The notes: a model not told the origin generated them from the letters alone. 64,000 nt of DNA from Felis catus (GCF_018350175.1 NC_058369.1:26724001-26788000); one strand, 5' to 3'; numbered from the stretch's first letter, positions 1 through 13,984 are shown. A program made the numbers and translations.

Positions 1-539
1 AAAAACTAAAATTAGAATAGCTCTTTCTCCACTAAACTTGTGTACGACCTTAGACAATGTCATCTGTGTGTAAAGTTAGGCTATGGCAACAAGATAAAAA
101 GCAATAAAGCACAAGATATTACTTTTCTTCACAAACTCTTAATTTATTAAAAAGCTATCAATGGCCTACTTTTTGGTCTTTACTATTAATGAGTAAAGGA
201 ACATTTTCAGGGAAACAGTTTTATCATCTCAGGAAAACTTTCCATTTTTAATAAAGAATGGAGCTTATACATAACATAGGCCTTAGTACATAATTTCCAC
301 CATTTGGTTTTGGAACTAGGACAGTTTCCTATAATATGAGAGAAGGCTCCCCCGAAATTGCTTAATGGGAGTGAGTAATTAAGAATGCATCTCTAAAACA
401 GACTGCCTGGTCAATCCTAGGTCTACCACTCACTAATTACTTTATCTCTGTGAGCCTCAGTTTCCTTATCTTCAAAATGGTGATTCTGATGGTTTCTACA
501 CAAAAAGGTGTATCAGAGGATTAAATGGGATAAATGATG

Positions 540-1060
540 TGTGATGGCTAATTTTATGTATCTATCATCTTGACTGGGCCACAGGGTGCCCAGATTAACT
601 ATGACTCTGAGAGTGACTGTGAGGGCAAGTCTGGATGAAATTAACATTTGAATTGGTAAATTCCACCCCAAGCCCCATGGTAGGTGGGCATCATCACCCA
701 ATCCACGGAGGAGCTGAATAAAACAAAAAAGTGGAGGAAGGGAGAATTTGATCTCTCTGCCTGACTCCTTAAGAAGTCTGCAGCTGCCCTCCGACTGGCA
801 CTTTCACTATCAGGTCTCCTGGTTCTCAGGCATTTGGGTTTGGACAGGAACTACATCATCGGCTCTTCTGGGTCTCCAGCTTGATGACTGCAGATCCCGA
901 GACTTCTCAGTCTCCAAAACTGCGTGACCCAATGCCTTATGATAGGTCTCTCTCTCTTTATTCTAAAACCTAATGGTGGAAGTTATCTATCAAGGCCTGT
1001 ATTATATGTAAGTTGTATATATGTGTGTGTTCTGTTTCTCTGGAGAAACCTGACTAATAC
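540..1060 (+). mobile_element. MLT2-family (ERVL) solo LTR inserted in a MIR
   Basis: Starts TGTGATGGCTAATTTTATGT and ends TTCTGTTTCTCTGGAGAAACCTGACTAATACA. MIR homology on both sides (about 365-539 and 1061-1105). Confidence 0.85.
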
Positions 1061-3612
1061 ATTATGTAAAAGATATAGCAAAAACTTACTAAACATTAGT
1101 GGTGATGATGATGATGATTTGCTACTTAATATACTCACCTGCTCAAATTATATGGCTAGCATCACTCATTGATTACTTAATTCACAAATATCTATTCAGT
1201 TCCTGTAAGTGTTAAAGACTGAGCTAGGTGCTAGGGATACTAGGACCCCTGCAGTTTTGAAGCTCACATTCCAGTTGGGGACACAACAATAAGCAAACAA
1301 TTAAGTAAACAAGAAGATACCAGGTAAGGATAAGTGCTGTGATGGAAACGAAAGCAGAGTGATGTTACAGAGAGGATGAGGACCTTGATGATTACAGTCC
1401 CAGGTTCACCACTATGTGAACTATGTGTAAAAATGTATGTGAGCATAATTCATACTAATACAGTATAGGTTAAAACACATATTTCCCTATTATATCATAA
1501 ATAAAGAAATTTGATATTTAACTATATACTTAAAAGATTTTATTTTGTCACTACTTTTGGATTTACTTCCCACTATATATCTTAAATGAAAATACTGACA
1601 TTAGATAAAGAAATATATTTTAATTTTATAGCAATTCTCTGGGTTTTTCAAAAGACAGAAAAGCATATAGAAGAAACTAAAAATGTCTCATAATTGCTCT
1701 AACATAATACATCTAGTAATATCACAAATCATGAATGAAGTAAGTTAAAATTCTCTAATAGAGGAAGACATGAGAAGTAAAAGTCTTATCTTCCTGCCCC
1801 TTGCCTCTACTAGTCCTCGTTCTTAAAGGTCACTGTAAATTTTTTTGTATTTCCTTAAAAAAATGTACGCATATACCAGCATTCCTAGGTAGCTATCTTA
1901 TTTACTTAAGTCAGTGGGGTCATACAGAAATAGCATCCTATGTTTCCATGTTTCACTGACACAGCTTTGAGACCTTTCCAGACCATCATAAGCAGATCAG
2001 GTCATCTGTATAGCTGTATCCATAATATCTTATTGTCTGGGTATTTAATCAACTCCCTACTATGCACAGGTTTTTATTATAACCCATGCTGTAATAGACA
2101 TCTAAAGGAGAAATGGAAAGGTTGGAACAAGTCAGTCCTGCAAAGTAGCACAATTATCAAATGGATTAGATGTGTTTTTCACATTTAATATTGTAGTAAT
2201 ATTTATATATCAAAGTTTCATCAATATTTGGTGGAAATATCACAGAAAAATTAAAATTCACTCTATGTATTATTTGTGATATTTCTGCTGTTAACGAATT
2301 TCACAGATACTGATCAATACCCAGACTAAATTCCTTTCATGCTTAAAAATTTTTAATGAAGGAATATGACCAGTTATGCCTTATTTTTGCTAAAGATGGG
2401 GAAAGAGGATATATAATTCAAATGTAAGAGACAGTGGAGTTTACTCTTATTATCAGACATTGGACCCAGAAATTGTGACATCTCTTTAAACCAATAATCT
2501 TAAGACAAGGCTTTACTGAAAGTGTGAGTTTAAAAAATTGTTTTGTTTTTTCCTGGAGTCAGGATCCAAATCCTTCTTCTTTTAGGTTCTACTTTACAGT
2601 GAATTTTGTTACCTGATTTGAATTTTGCTTTCATAATGTGAAACCCAAAGAAGAAATTCTAGTAAGGATCTCACCAGTGCCAACTATAGTTAGATGATTA
2701 TTTCAGGGTTGTGCTAAATGCATTAACTTACCTATGTGCAACTGTGCTGTGAGATAGAGATGCCAGTCTCTTCTTATTTAAAAAAGGAGTAGAAGCCCAC
2801 TAAGACCTCTGCTGTGGAAAGGAGGGTACTTGGGAAAACTGCATTCTAATTTTTAAGCAAATTACTAGTTTTGATTTGTGCTTAGTGGACCATTGCATCT
2901 TGTCATTAGTAGCTGAATGCTCAACTTCAATAACCAGACAGATTCTCTGGTTCAATTAAACTGGGGTCCTATTAATGAAAATAAGATCATTAAAGACCCC
3001 ACAATTCTCTGCAGGCTAACAGTCATTAGCTAATGTGCACTGGGAACTGACAAAGTGAACAGAGCAGAAGTGTGGGAACGTTGGCTTTTGGGAAACACAA
3101 TTATCTTATTAATTTTATTAGTGCTCTTGATCAAGTTATGTGACATTCAGCAAAACGCACTCTAAAATGGAAGCTTCAAGGTTTCCTCTTTTGCTCAAGG
3201 GAACATACTAGAAAGCATCCATAGGAAGCAACTACTTCTTTCTGTGGCAGCTTCACTGGGCTCTCAGTGTGTGCATTTATAATAAAAAACACAATTGGCA
3301 TGAGTACTGTACAGTCAATTATAAGAGCACACAGTAATTTTCTCATGCAATTCAAAATCTCATCATGGGGAATCCATTTTTCAGACAGACACAAAAACAA
3401 ATAGTTAAAATGAAGAAATATCTTCTGGCTTTTCCAAGATTAGAAAGTCTGCCCTTGGGCATTATTCATTAGCTGCACCTTTCAAATAAAATATCTTATA
3501 CAGAGAAGAATAATTATAATTATATTCATTTATAGTAAGTTTCAAAGCCCACAAATGACAAAATTAGCAACTGCAAAGTATTTGTAGAAAGAGAACCACA
3601 AAGTTCAATATA

Positions 3613-4059
3613 CAGTAGCCTCCTCCCATCCCCAGATGATACGTTCCAAGACCACCAATGGATGCTTGAAACTATGAATAATGCCAAACCACATATATAC
3701 TGTTTTTTTCCTATACATACATATCTCTGATAAGGTTTAATTTATAAATTGGGCACAGTAAGAGATTAACAACAATAACTGATAATAAAATAGAACAATT
3801 ATAACAATATACTGTAATAAAAGTTACATGAATATGTTTTCTCTCAAAATATCTTATTGTGCTGTACTCACCACTCTTATGATGATGTGAGATGATAAAA
3901 TTTCTACATGATGAGATGAAGTGAGATGGATGATGTAGGCGTGTGACCTAGAGTTAGGCTACTACTGGCTTTCTGAGGATACATCACAAGGATGTGAACC
4001 ACAGTTGACCACAGGTTACTGAAACCTCTATTTTCAAGTAATAGAAAGGGAGACTACTC
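3613..4059 (+). mobile_element. MER44-family (Tigger/TcMar) DNA transposon MITE
   Basis: TA|CAGTAGCCTCCTCCCATCC...GATACGTTCCAAGACC...GGCACAGTAAGAGATTAACAACAATAAC...AAGGGAGACTACT: terminal inverted repeats and a TA target. Confidence 0.82.
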
Positions 4060-5744
4060 TATTTTCAAGTAATCTTAGCTGCCTTGCATGTGCAATGGGA
4101 TTTATGTTAAGAGGAACAATCATAACCCTTATGGTTATAAAGGAATAGAAATTGGGATTCACAGGGCAGGAGAAGTTTGCTATTAGATGATGATTATTAA
4201 TTTTCTGTATACATGACTCAAGTTGACTATTACTATTAATTGAGATCCCATTCATGGAATTTGCAAAATATATACTAATATCCTCTTCTACAAGTTAGGA
4301 TCAAATATGGCCTATGAAAAAGTTTCTGTTTAATTATAATATTGAGTTAATGATGCAATTGACATTTACTCAAATTCCTCTTTAATCTCAGGCATTACAT
4401 GTGTCCTTGAACTTTAAATTTAAAAAAGATACCAAAAAAATCTGGATATAGACTTGTGTTTTCATTTAAAGACATAATTAATTCTTAAAACATTAAGCCA
4501 GAGAGATAAAAGAAAAACGAGTATTCACAATTGCTCTTATATTTGATAGGCTTTACAGCTTAGTCATTACTGTTACTGAAAGCATTCACAGTCTATCAGA
4601 TACAGATAGAGTGTTTGGTTATCAAAAAAAAAAAAAAAAAACCACTCTTACTCATTTCATTCTGTGGTGAATCTTCCATTAAGATTGATTTGTGACCTGA
4701 GGTGTTTACAGCAGCTGTCTGGTTAGTGAGATCTTTTTCATCCATTTATGTCTCTGTCTATCCCTGCCCCCCTTAAAGATAGTACCTATAAAAATACACA
4801 ATTTCTCACTACCTGTGCCCTGTGCTACCAAAATGCCTTGCCTAAAGTTGGCAATTATGGAAGCAGGTGATAGGAACATGGGGGTTTATTACGTCTTCAC
4901 TCCACTTTTCTGGAAGTTTGGAAATTTCATAATAAAGGGTTTAGGAATATAGTGTCTATTTACACATAGTCCCCTGACAAGGTTTAAACTGAAAAAGTTA
5001 CAAAATAGGTCCCAATTCTCTAGGAATATACAATTTAGGACATGTAATGCTGATGATGATCGACATACAGAAAATATACCAATAATAAATAAATCCAGGA
5101 TAAATAGAGAGTGAAACAGTCCATTTCTGTAACTCATTCATTTCATCATGCTAGCTCCTTTCTCTGGATTCTACTTTGACCTCTCTCAAACTTTGACCCT
5201 GCTCTTTTCCCCATCTGTTACCTGGGAATCAACAAGTCCTGCCTGTGTTTCTCCTGTAGCATCACTCAGGGGCATCACTGACATTATTTGCTCAGATGGC
5301 TGTAAAGACATCTGAGTTGTATTTCTTAATCTCTGGTTTTACCTGACTTAAAGATTCATCTTGAATCTTGATGTCAAATTCATCTTCCTAAAAAGGGCAT
5401 TACTGTGTCTCTCCTTTAGGACAGTAGGAGGAGAATACTCTTCAGGTATTCTTCTGACCCAGCCATTCAGCCTTCGGAGGCCATTCTTCATACTTACTAA
5501 TCCCTCAGAAAACTCACCCATGCATTTTGCTATCTCCTTGTCTTTGCTTAGTCGTCTGCACCATCTTACACTTCCATAAGTCTTATATTTATTTATAATA
5601 AAAATGTATGCAAGTATTGATTGAATTCTTTCAGGACCTACTTCTTTCTCTGTAAGTGCCTTTTTATGACCATCATTTCACTTTCCTCAGGATTACTTCC
5701 ATGTGAGTGTCAGCTGAGCCACAGCTTTGCTTGGATGTGTGATC

Positions 5745-5930
5745 CAGTGGTTCTCAACCTAGGCTACACATCAGAATCACTGAAAACATTTAAATATCCA
5801 TCCAAGGCCAATTAAGTCAGAATCTCTGGAGATGAATCACAGACATTAGGAAAAAATAAATTTTTTTTACATAAGTTATTTTTAAAATGTCCCAGATGAT
5901 TCTAACAAACAGGAAGATGAGAACCACTCA
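5745..5930. mobile_element. MER5-family (hAT-Charlie) MITE
   Basis: Inverted termini CAGTGGTTCTCAA...TGAGAACCACT; internal cacatcagaatcac and tcagaatctctgg motifs. Confidence 0.78.
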
Positions 5931-5946
5931 GCTGAAGAATATTAGG

Positions 5947-6159
5947 TTTCTTTTTTTTTTAAATTTTTAATGCTTTTTTTTTTTTAACCTTTGAGAGAGA
6001 GAGAGAGACAGAGCATGAGCAGGGGAAGGGCAGAGAAAGAGAGGGAGACACAGAATCGGAAGCAGGCTCCAGGCTCTGAGCTGTCAGCACAGAGCCCGAC
6101 CTGGGGCTCAAACCCACAAACCGTGAGATCATGACCTGAGCTGAAGTTGGATTCAGCCG
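5947..6159 (-). mobile_element. CAN-SINE (feliform), 5' head truncated
   Basis: Poly-T, (GA)n and gcaggctccaggctctgagctgtcagcacagagccc body; lacks the ggggcgcctggg head. Confidence 0.88.
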
Positions 6160-6380
6160 TTTTAGGCCAAGAAACAGCAATCCCAAATATGAACGTGTAC
6201 AAGCCAAAAAGAGTGGTCAGAAAGTCACACATGGGGTATGAGACATGAAACTCTGGAGGAGGTTGGGCTAGGGAAGGTTGGCTTTGTGTGAGTTCCCAAG
6301 GGGTGTTTCATTTTGTCTTCTAAAATGGTGCGAAAGGGCATTAAAGGTCTTTAATCAAAGAGCAACAGGATCACATTTCT

Positions 6381-6598
6381 TCCTTTTTTTTTGTAATTTT
6401 TTTTTACATTTATTTATTTTTGAGAGACAGAGCACAAGTGGGGGAGGGGCAGAGAGAGAGGGAGACCCAGAATCCGAAGCAGGCTCCAGGCTCTGAGCTG
6501 TCAGTGCAGAGCCCAATGCGAGGCTTGAACCCACAAACCGCGAGATCATGATCTGAGCCGAAGTTGGACGCTCAACCGACTGAGCCACTCAGGCGCCC
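6381..6598 (-). mobile_element. CAN-SINE (feliform), full length
   Basis: Perfect 15-bp TSD caggatcacatttct (6366-6380 and 6599-6613). Confidence 0.93.
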
Positions 6599-7015
6599 CA
6601 GGATCACATTTCTATTTCTACAGTCAGAAAGATAATTCTGACAGCAACGTGGAGATTAACTGGGAGGCTAGGGCCACGGTGGGGACCAGATCAATGAAAG
6701 TAGCAACAGGATAGAGTAGGAGACAGATTGTTTAGGAGGGATAATTGGCTGGGCTTGGAAGCATACAGGAAAAGGAGAGGAATAACCAAGGATGTTTTGA
6801 TTTGGTATGTAAAAACCGAGAAAGTATTTTAGTTGCTAAAGAGAAGTTTACAATGATTTATCACAGACACGGGTCGATGCTGGAGTGACAGTATTTAACT
6901 TCAAGCTATAAAGCATCATTGCAATGCTGTTTTTTTCCGTTTTGTTTTTTTGTTTACTTATTTTTTTTGGTCTTACAAATAAATATGCTTATAATTTAGG
7001 TGCCTGAGTGCATAC

Positions 7016-7180
7016 CTGATTCTGCTGAATTCAGGGGATGACCTCCAAATTTTATTTCGGTTTGGCGGAGCTTAGTCATGTTTAGCAGCTGTGTGACTTG
7101 TGGAACATCTGTTGTCAGCTGGCAGCTTCGAGGAATAATGTCTGTAGGTTCATTGGTTGGAAAGGGAACCCCATATCCAG
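7016..7180 (-). CDS. CFAP20DC: CFAP20DC coding exon (probably exon 7); 165 nt, phase 1 to 1
   Basis: Minus strand: tttgcctctgttttcag|CT GGA TAT...GAA TCA G|gtatgc. Translates (A)[54 protein letters not shown]. Phase matches the preceding exon. Overlaps ORF 6996..7211. Confidence 0.95.
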
Positions 7181-10100
7181 CTGAAAACAGAGGCAAACAT
7201 TCATTTCCCAAATGTTAGTCATTTTTGCCAAATGGACATACCTTATAAATGAAACCAATTAAAGTAAAATATTTTTAGAGTATAACTCTGAACGAGTTAC
7301 ATGACCTTACAGCCTTGACTTTCTCATCTGTATATGAGTGTTGTAATTGCACTGCTTCCCTTCTAGGACTGTATGAAATATTAAATGAGATAAGGTGTAT
7401 AACACACACAGCAGGTTCGGAGACTTGTGAAATAAATGAGAGCAATCACTGAATATATTTTACACTTATGTTTCAATACTAGAAATGTGACTCAAGAAAA
7501 GATCTAGTTAGGGGCGCTCTGATGCAGATTTCTGGGAGTACGCTGGCTCATTCATATGAGATCAGTACATGCAATGACATAATTGAATAAGTACCTAGAG
7601 CCCCTATATGAATAAAGCAATTTTTTAAACTTTTTTATACTGAAATAATTTTAGATCTATGAAAGTTACAAAAATAGTAGAGTTTCTAATACTCTTTACC
7701 CAGCTTCCCCTAATGTTAACATCTTACCTTTTAATACTTTCAAAGAAAGAACAGTTTGTGATTATTAAAATAGTGTTTTTATTACTGTAATTTGTATTTC
7801 TAATGAGATTTGATATCATTCATATATACTTATGTGGATATGTAAATTTTCAGTTTAGTAAATCTTCTGTTCATGTTCTTAACTCATTTAGGTACGAGAA
7901 TATTATTTTCTTATTTATTTGTACGTAGGACCTCTTTTATGGCAGAGATATTAAGTCTCATCATATGTAGCAAGCAGGAATTATAAATTGGTATTAGCAT
8001 TCCAAAAGTAATTTTACTATATGTATAAAAGGCTTTAAAAATGTACGTGCCATTTTACTGAGTAGTTTTACTTTACAAATCTATTCTAAAGTAAAAGAAC
8101 ATCAGAAACCCAGATGAAGATCTATATAAATAGGTGTTTATAATTTCTGAAAAATAAACAACTTGAATTACCAGTAAAGAGCCACAAGAAATTCTATTTA
8201 TGAAGATGGCTTAATGATAGGGGAAAGACTTGTGATAGGAGGTTAAATGAAAATAATATATATAAAACTCTAACTCTACTGTAGAAAATCAATAAATAAA
8301 ATGTGTGAATGGCAAAAAGGCTAAAATGAAATATACCAAAGTGTAAAATAACTTTTGATGGTTTAGCTTAAGTGTAGCTTTTATTTTCTTCTACATGAAA
8401 ATGTCTATAGGTGTTTAATTTTTATAAGTAAAATTTCTAATTTTAGAATCTGGTGGAAAAAAATTGTGCATGTATATGTGAATGTAAGTAATAAGAAAAA
8501 TTCAACCAAGCATCCCTTGAAAAACATCTTATGTAAGTATAAACTCTAACCACATTTATAAAGGCAAATGATGTTAGGTTTATATGTACCTAAGTCGTGG
8601 CAGTTTCCTAATTAGATCCTAACGTTCTAATCTTGAAAAGGAAATGAATCATTTAACTAAAAACTTAAATACCCATCAACAATGTAATGTAATGTAATGT
8701 AATGGTTTCTAAGTGTCCTAATGCTCCAGTCATTAAAGATGCAGTAGATTTACAAATCTTACTTTTCAGGTGTTCTTTGTTGGTCCATTTCTTATTTGTC
8801 ATCGACATTTAGAAAATCAATATAAAGTAGTTGAGTAAATAAACTCTCGAGATAGAAAACATTTGGAAAAGTAAATAAACTAACTCCAGATGTATATCTG
8901 ACATATCATTCCAAACTCCTCTGAGGTAGAAAAAGGTAATTTCCACAACAATGCTAATATTGATAAACTAAGATTTTATATTAAAAGAGGTAGAGAAGGC
9001 TAAAAGGCCCTGAAATAAAATGCTGCATTCTCAGTCACATAATGACAAGTCATGGAAACTTGAGCTTGTGGGGACTGCGTGGATGGTATAGGGAACAATG
9101 CCGCACAAAGTTTGAAATGTATCTCAAACAAAATCTGAGTTTCCAACTAATGAGAAATAAGCAGCTAACCCCTGGGAATCAAAATTCGAAGACAGAGACT
9201 ATTACAAAACTCCAGTCTGAATTTTACAGGAATGTGGTTGACATGCAAATCAGATTTCACAGTAAAATGCTGTGTCATCTCTCCTTTCTATGTACCTACT
9301 CTCCCTTTGCACCCATGATTGTCTCACTACTTATTAGATTGTTCATCGAGGGAAACTGTGGGCAGTATAAAACCTGAAATAGAAGGCAAAATCAAAGAAA
9401 AACTATTGGTTTATTATTTTAAAATAAAGACTATTAATAAGCCCATTTACCAACTACTGACTCTCAAACTTTGTGGAGGAATACATGGAAAGGACCTTTA
9501 GTCTCATTTTTGTGAAACCAAACTATGGAAGAGCTTCCCGACCTGGGAGTTGGATGTTCTGATAGGCTGGAGTGGAAGTTAACTCGGCTCCCCACCACCC
9601 AGCTCACCAATAAATACCCCTTCTCCATGTCCAATTTCTAGGTCACTTTATTTTTTTTAGCATTCATGGCTTAATTAAAAAATAAGAATTCTAAAAACAG
9701 CATAGATCCTACATACAAATTAAATAGTGCTAAACTGTGAGTACATAGAGGGCATGGTCTGCCTTCATTCATTCATTTACTTGTTTTATCATTTAGCAAA
9801 TACTTATTGAGCCTCTCCTATGTGCCAGGAGCTTATCTAATGGCTGGGAATCTAGCCAGAGTGACCCTGTCCCTGGTTTTCTTGGAAACTCACATCTAGT
9901 AGGGAATATGAAATAAATTATACTATAAATAACAATTTAATTGTATTTTGTTAAATGCTCTGAAAGAAAAGTTCCAGGTGTTATGAAAGAGGTAATGGGT
10001 CTCAGGGAAAGTCTTTTCTAATAAGGAGACATTTAAGCTGAGTCATGTGAGATAAGCAGAAAGTGGCCAGCTGAAGTAGATGGAGTGATCACTCAGGTGG

Positions 10101-10960
10101 AGGGAACACAGCATTTGAAGACTCTGAAGGCAGAAGGGCTGTAGTGCATTCTAGGAACTGAAAGAAAGACAATTCTGCCAAAAGATTCTTAGTGTGGGAG
10201 AGAGACCAATGAGAGAATCCCGATCGTGTATCACCATCTGGCTCAAAGGGGATGCTCAGTAAACGGTCATGATGAAAGCCCCTTAAGACAGCCGACCTAG
10301 ATTACAAACAGCTGCCAAGTCCTCCACTTTTCATCTTTGGTTTTTCTTTGCTCGGCTATATCCTGAGAAGTATGCCATGCACACATTCTTTCGATACCCC
10401 ATCTTTCTCCCCAGATGGCAGATAACAAATCAAGCTGGTAATCAGACACTAAGGGACCAGGGACTATCTGCATTGTTCTTCCAGACAAGTTGTATCTTCT
10501 GTAACAGACTGTGTATGGAAACATGCAGACTGCTTGATTAACATTGAAAAATGACACAAATTTTAAAGTACTTTTGCTAACAAATCTGAAAGAAAACAAT
10601 GTTGGCTGGAGGGGTCAGCTCAAAACGGCAAAATGGTACATGAAGGAGAAGACTATGAGAAAACTTACAGATCTGCTCATGCAGCATCAAAACACAACCA
10701 GATGGTGGGTTTTTTGCTGTCTTTTGCTCCCAGTATGAGTTAGAATGTTTGAGTGACTCTGTAGCCCTGTTCGGCTTTCTTTGGCCATAATGCCATCGTA
10801 AAATGAATCATTCTATACGATTACCATTGATGAGGCTCTTAGCTAGCTTTAAAAATTAGTCATCAATTTTAATATATGTATAAAGCACTTTGTGCATTAA
10901 AAATCATCACCCCCATTTTATTGGGGGGGAATGTCTTATAAAATAGTGACATTTACTTAA

Positions 10961-11144
10961 TATTTTAATGTTTATTTATTTTGGGTGGGGGACGATCAGA
11001 GAGAGAGGGAGAGAGAATCCCAAGCAAGTTCCAGGATGTCAGTGCAGAGCCTCATGCAGGCCTTGATCCCACCAACTGTGGGATCATGACCTGAGCTGAA
11101 ATCAAGAGTCAGATGCTTAACTGACTGAGCCACCCAGGTGTCCC
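10961..11144 (-). mobile_element. CAN-SINE
   Basis: tRNA-derived head ...actgagccacccaggtgtccc; diverged TSD taaa(a/g)tagt. Confidence 0.88.
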
Positions 11145-11378
11145 TAAAGTAGTTAAATTTACAGACGTATCAGTTTCTGAGTTCTCCTAATTCATATAAT
11201 TTAAATAAAGATTAATTTCTTAATAGTTCAGTGGTCTCAAGACTCAACCATATTCACCTTATTTATCTGAGAACAGCCTGTAGTACCTAGCATAGTGATT
11301 TTATATATAATCTCACCTCTCTGAAACACCAGTGGGAGCCAAGAAGAAACTACAAAAGTCTTTAACTGCCAAAATATT

Positions 11379-11745
11379 TGTCTTAAGTTTGTTTGGGCTG
11401 CTATAGAACAGAACACCATAGACTGGGCGTCTTAGAAACAGCAGAAATTTATCTCTCACAATTCTGGAGGCTGGGGAGTCCAAGATCAAGATACCAGCAG
11501 ATTTGGCATCTGATCTGGGCCCTGTTCCTATTCCTGGTTCAGAGACTGTTGTTTTCCTACTCTTACCTCACATGGCAGAAGAGGCGAGGGAGCTCTCTGG
11601 GTCTCTTTTATAAGGGCACTAATCCTATTCATGAGGGCTCAGGACCTAAACACTTCCCAAGGCCCCCACCTTCAAACACCATCACATTGGGGATTAAGTG
11701 TCAACATATGAATTTTAGGGGGACACAAACGTTTAGTCCTTAACA
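11379..11745 (-). mobile_element. MLT1A-like MaLR solo LTR
   Basis: TG...CA termini, perfect 5-bp TSD atatt (11374-11378 and 11746-11750), and the tctcacaattctggaggctgg...gtccaagatcaag motif. Confidence 0.9.
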
Positions 11746-11882
11746 ATATTGCTACAAAGTCTGTTTAATTTTTATTTGTTCATTCACTCATTTGCCATGT
11801 AACTGTCAGATTTTCTCTGGGCATGGCAGAGGTTTGAATCCTGCCCTTATGGAGCTCACTGTATAATGCAGAAAGATATTAA

Positions 11883-12130
11883 GAAACAGTATAATATAGT
11901 GGTTAAAAGCACAGCTCTGAATCAAGGCATCCTGGGTTCACATTCTAGTTCTATCACCTATTAGCTGTGTGACTTTGGCATGCTAGTTTACCTTGCTGTG
12001 CCCTGGTCTCCTTATCTGTAAAACATGGATTAAAAAAATAATGCTAAACTTATAGGGTTATTGTGATGATTAAGTAAGTTAGTGTATATAAGGGCCTAAG
12101 AACAGTGCCTGGTACATATAGAAGTGTTTA
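11883..12130 (+). mobile_element. MIR SINE
   Basis: tagtggttaaaagcacagctctg...tagctgtgtgactttggc...cttatctgtaaaa...aacagtgcctggtacata. Confidence 0.8.
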
Positions 12131-12294
12131 TTTTCAATAGCAAAGACTTATGTCAATTATTTCATTACAATGGACACAAAACCACCATGTCTTAGCATGT
12201 GGTTTTTATAATAAAAGGTCTTGATGTTTAAAGGGGTAAATAAGCCTTAAGTACACCAGAAACTTGGCTATCCTGAAATGAATCATGCCCTTAG

Positions 12295-13915
12295 TTTTTT
12301 TGAAAATATTTTGTTGATGGGAAATACACATTAATATAAAATTAAGCATTTTAAAGTGAACAATTCATTGGCACACAGTCCATTTACAATGTTGTACAAC
12401 CACCACCTTTATATATATAGTTCCAAAAACACATTTTCATCATTGCAAAGTAAAATTCTTTACCCATTAGCCAGTTTCTCTCCATTCCCTCCAACCCCCA
12501 ACCCTGGCAACCATTCTATATGGATTTATCTATTCCAGACATTTCATATAAGCAGAATCATACAATATGTGACTTTTTGTCTGTGTGTATGATACATACC
12601 ATGTTTTGTTTATCCATTCATCTGCTGATGAACATTTGGGCTGTTTCTGCATTTTGGTCATTGTGAATAACAGTGCAGTGACTATGCATGTACATGTATC
12701 TGTTTTCCATTCTTTTGGGTATATACATAGGAGTGGCACTGCAGGGTCATATGGTAATTCTGTATTTAACATTTTTAGGAACTGCCAAACTGTCTTCCAT
12801 AGTAGGTGGATTCCAATTTCTCCACATCCTTGCCAACAGCTGTTTTCCATTAAAAATAAAAATTATAGCCATCCCAGTGAGTGTGAAGTAGTATCTCATT
12901 GTGGTTTTGATTTACATTTCCCTAATGACTAAAGATGTTAAGCATTTTTTCATGTTTGTCAACTATTTATATATCTTCTTTGGAGAAATACTACAGTAGC
13001 TAAGTCCTTTGACTATTTGTTAATTGGTTGTGTGTATTTATTATTGAGTTGTAAGAGTCCTGTCAGATATATGATTTGTTAATATATTCTCCCATCCTGT
13101 AGGTTGTCTTTTCAATTTCTTAATAATGTCTTTTGATACACAAAAGTTTTAAAATTTTAATGTCCAATTTATCTATTTTTAAAATTTTGTTGCTGTGCTT
13201 TAGGGTCAGTCATATCTAGGAATCCATTGCCAAATCTAAGGTCATAAAGATTAAGTTCTATTTTTTTCCTAAGAGTTTTATTTAGCTCTTAAATTGAGGT
13301 CATTGATCCGTTTGAGTTAATTTTTATATATGGTGTGAGGTAGGGGTCTATCCTCATTCTTTTGCACGTGGATATCTGTCCCAGAACCATTTGTTGAAAA
13401 GTCTCTTCTTTCCTAGTTGAATGTTCTTGGCACTCCCATAAAGAAATCAGATGTATGGGTTCATTTCTGGACTCAATTCTATCCCATTAGTCTATATGTC
13501 CATTCTAAATGTACCAAACTGTTTTGATTGCTGCAATTCTTGAGGCAAGTTTTGAAATTGGGAAGTGTGAATCCTCCAACTTTGTTCTTCTTTTTCAATA
13601 TTGTTTTTGGCTATTTGGGTCCCCTTGCAATTCCATATGAATTTGAGGATTGGCTTTTTCATTTCTGCAAAGAGGTCACTGAAATCTTAAGAGAGATTGC
13701 ACTGAATCTCTAGATCTCTTTGGGTAATACCAGCATCTTAACAATATTGTCTTCCAATCCATGAACATAAGATGTCTTTCCATTTATTTAGGTATTCTCT
13801 AACTTCCTTTAGGAATGTTTTGTAGTTTTCAGTGAACAAGACTTTCATTTTCTTGGTAAAATTTATTCCTATGTATTTAATTATTTGTGATGAATATATA
13901 AATGAAATTGTTATC
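12295..13915 (-). mobile_element. L1 (L1MB-like) 3'UTR plus ORF2 C-terminal part
   Basis: ORF 12530..12850 (LLWKTVWQFLKMLNTELPYDPAVPLLCIYP) is an L1 ORF2 C-terminal remnant. Typical L1MB-type 3' end. Confidence 0.88.
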
Positions 13916-13984
13916 CTTAGAGTTTTTGAGATATGAAGTCCTATTAGAAATAGTATATAAAATACCTACTTATATAATTGCTAA

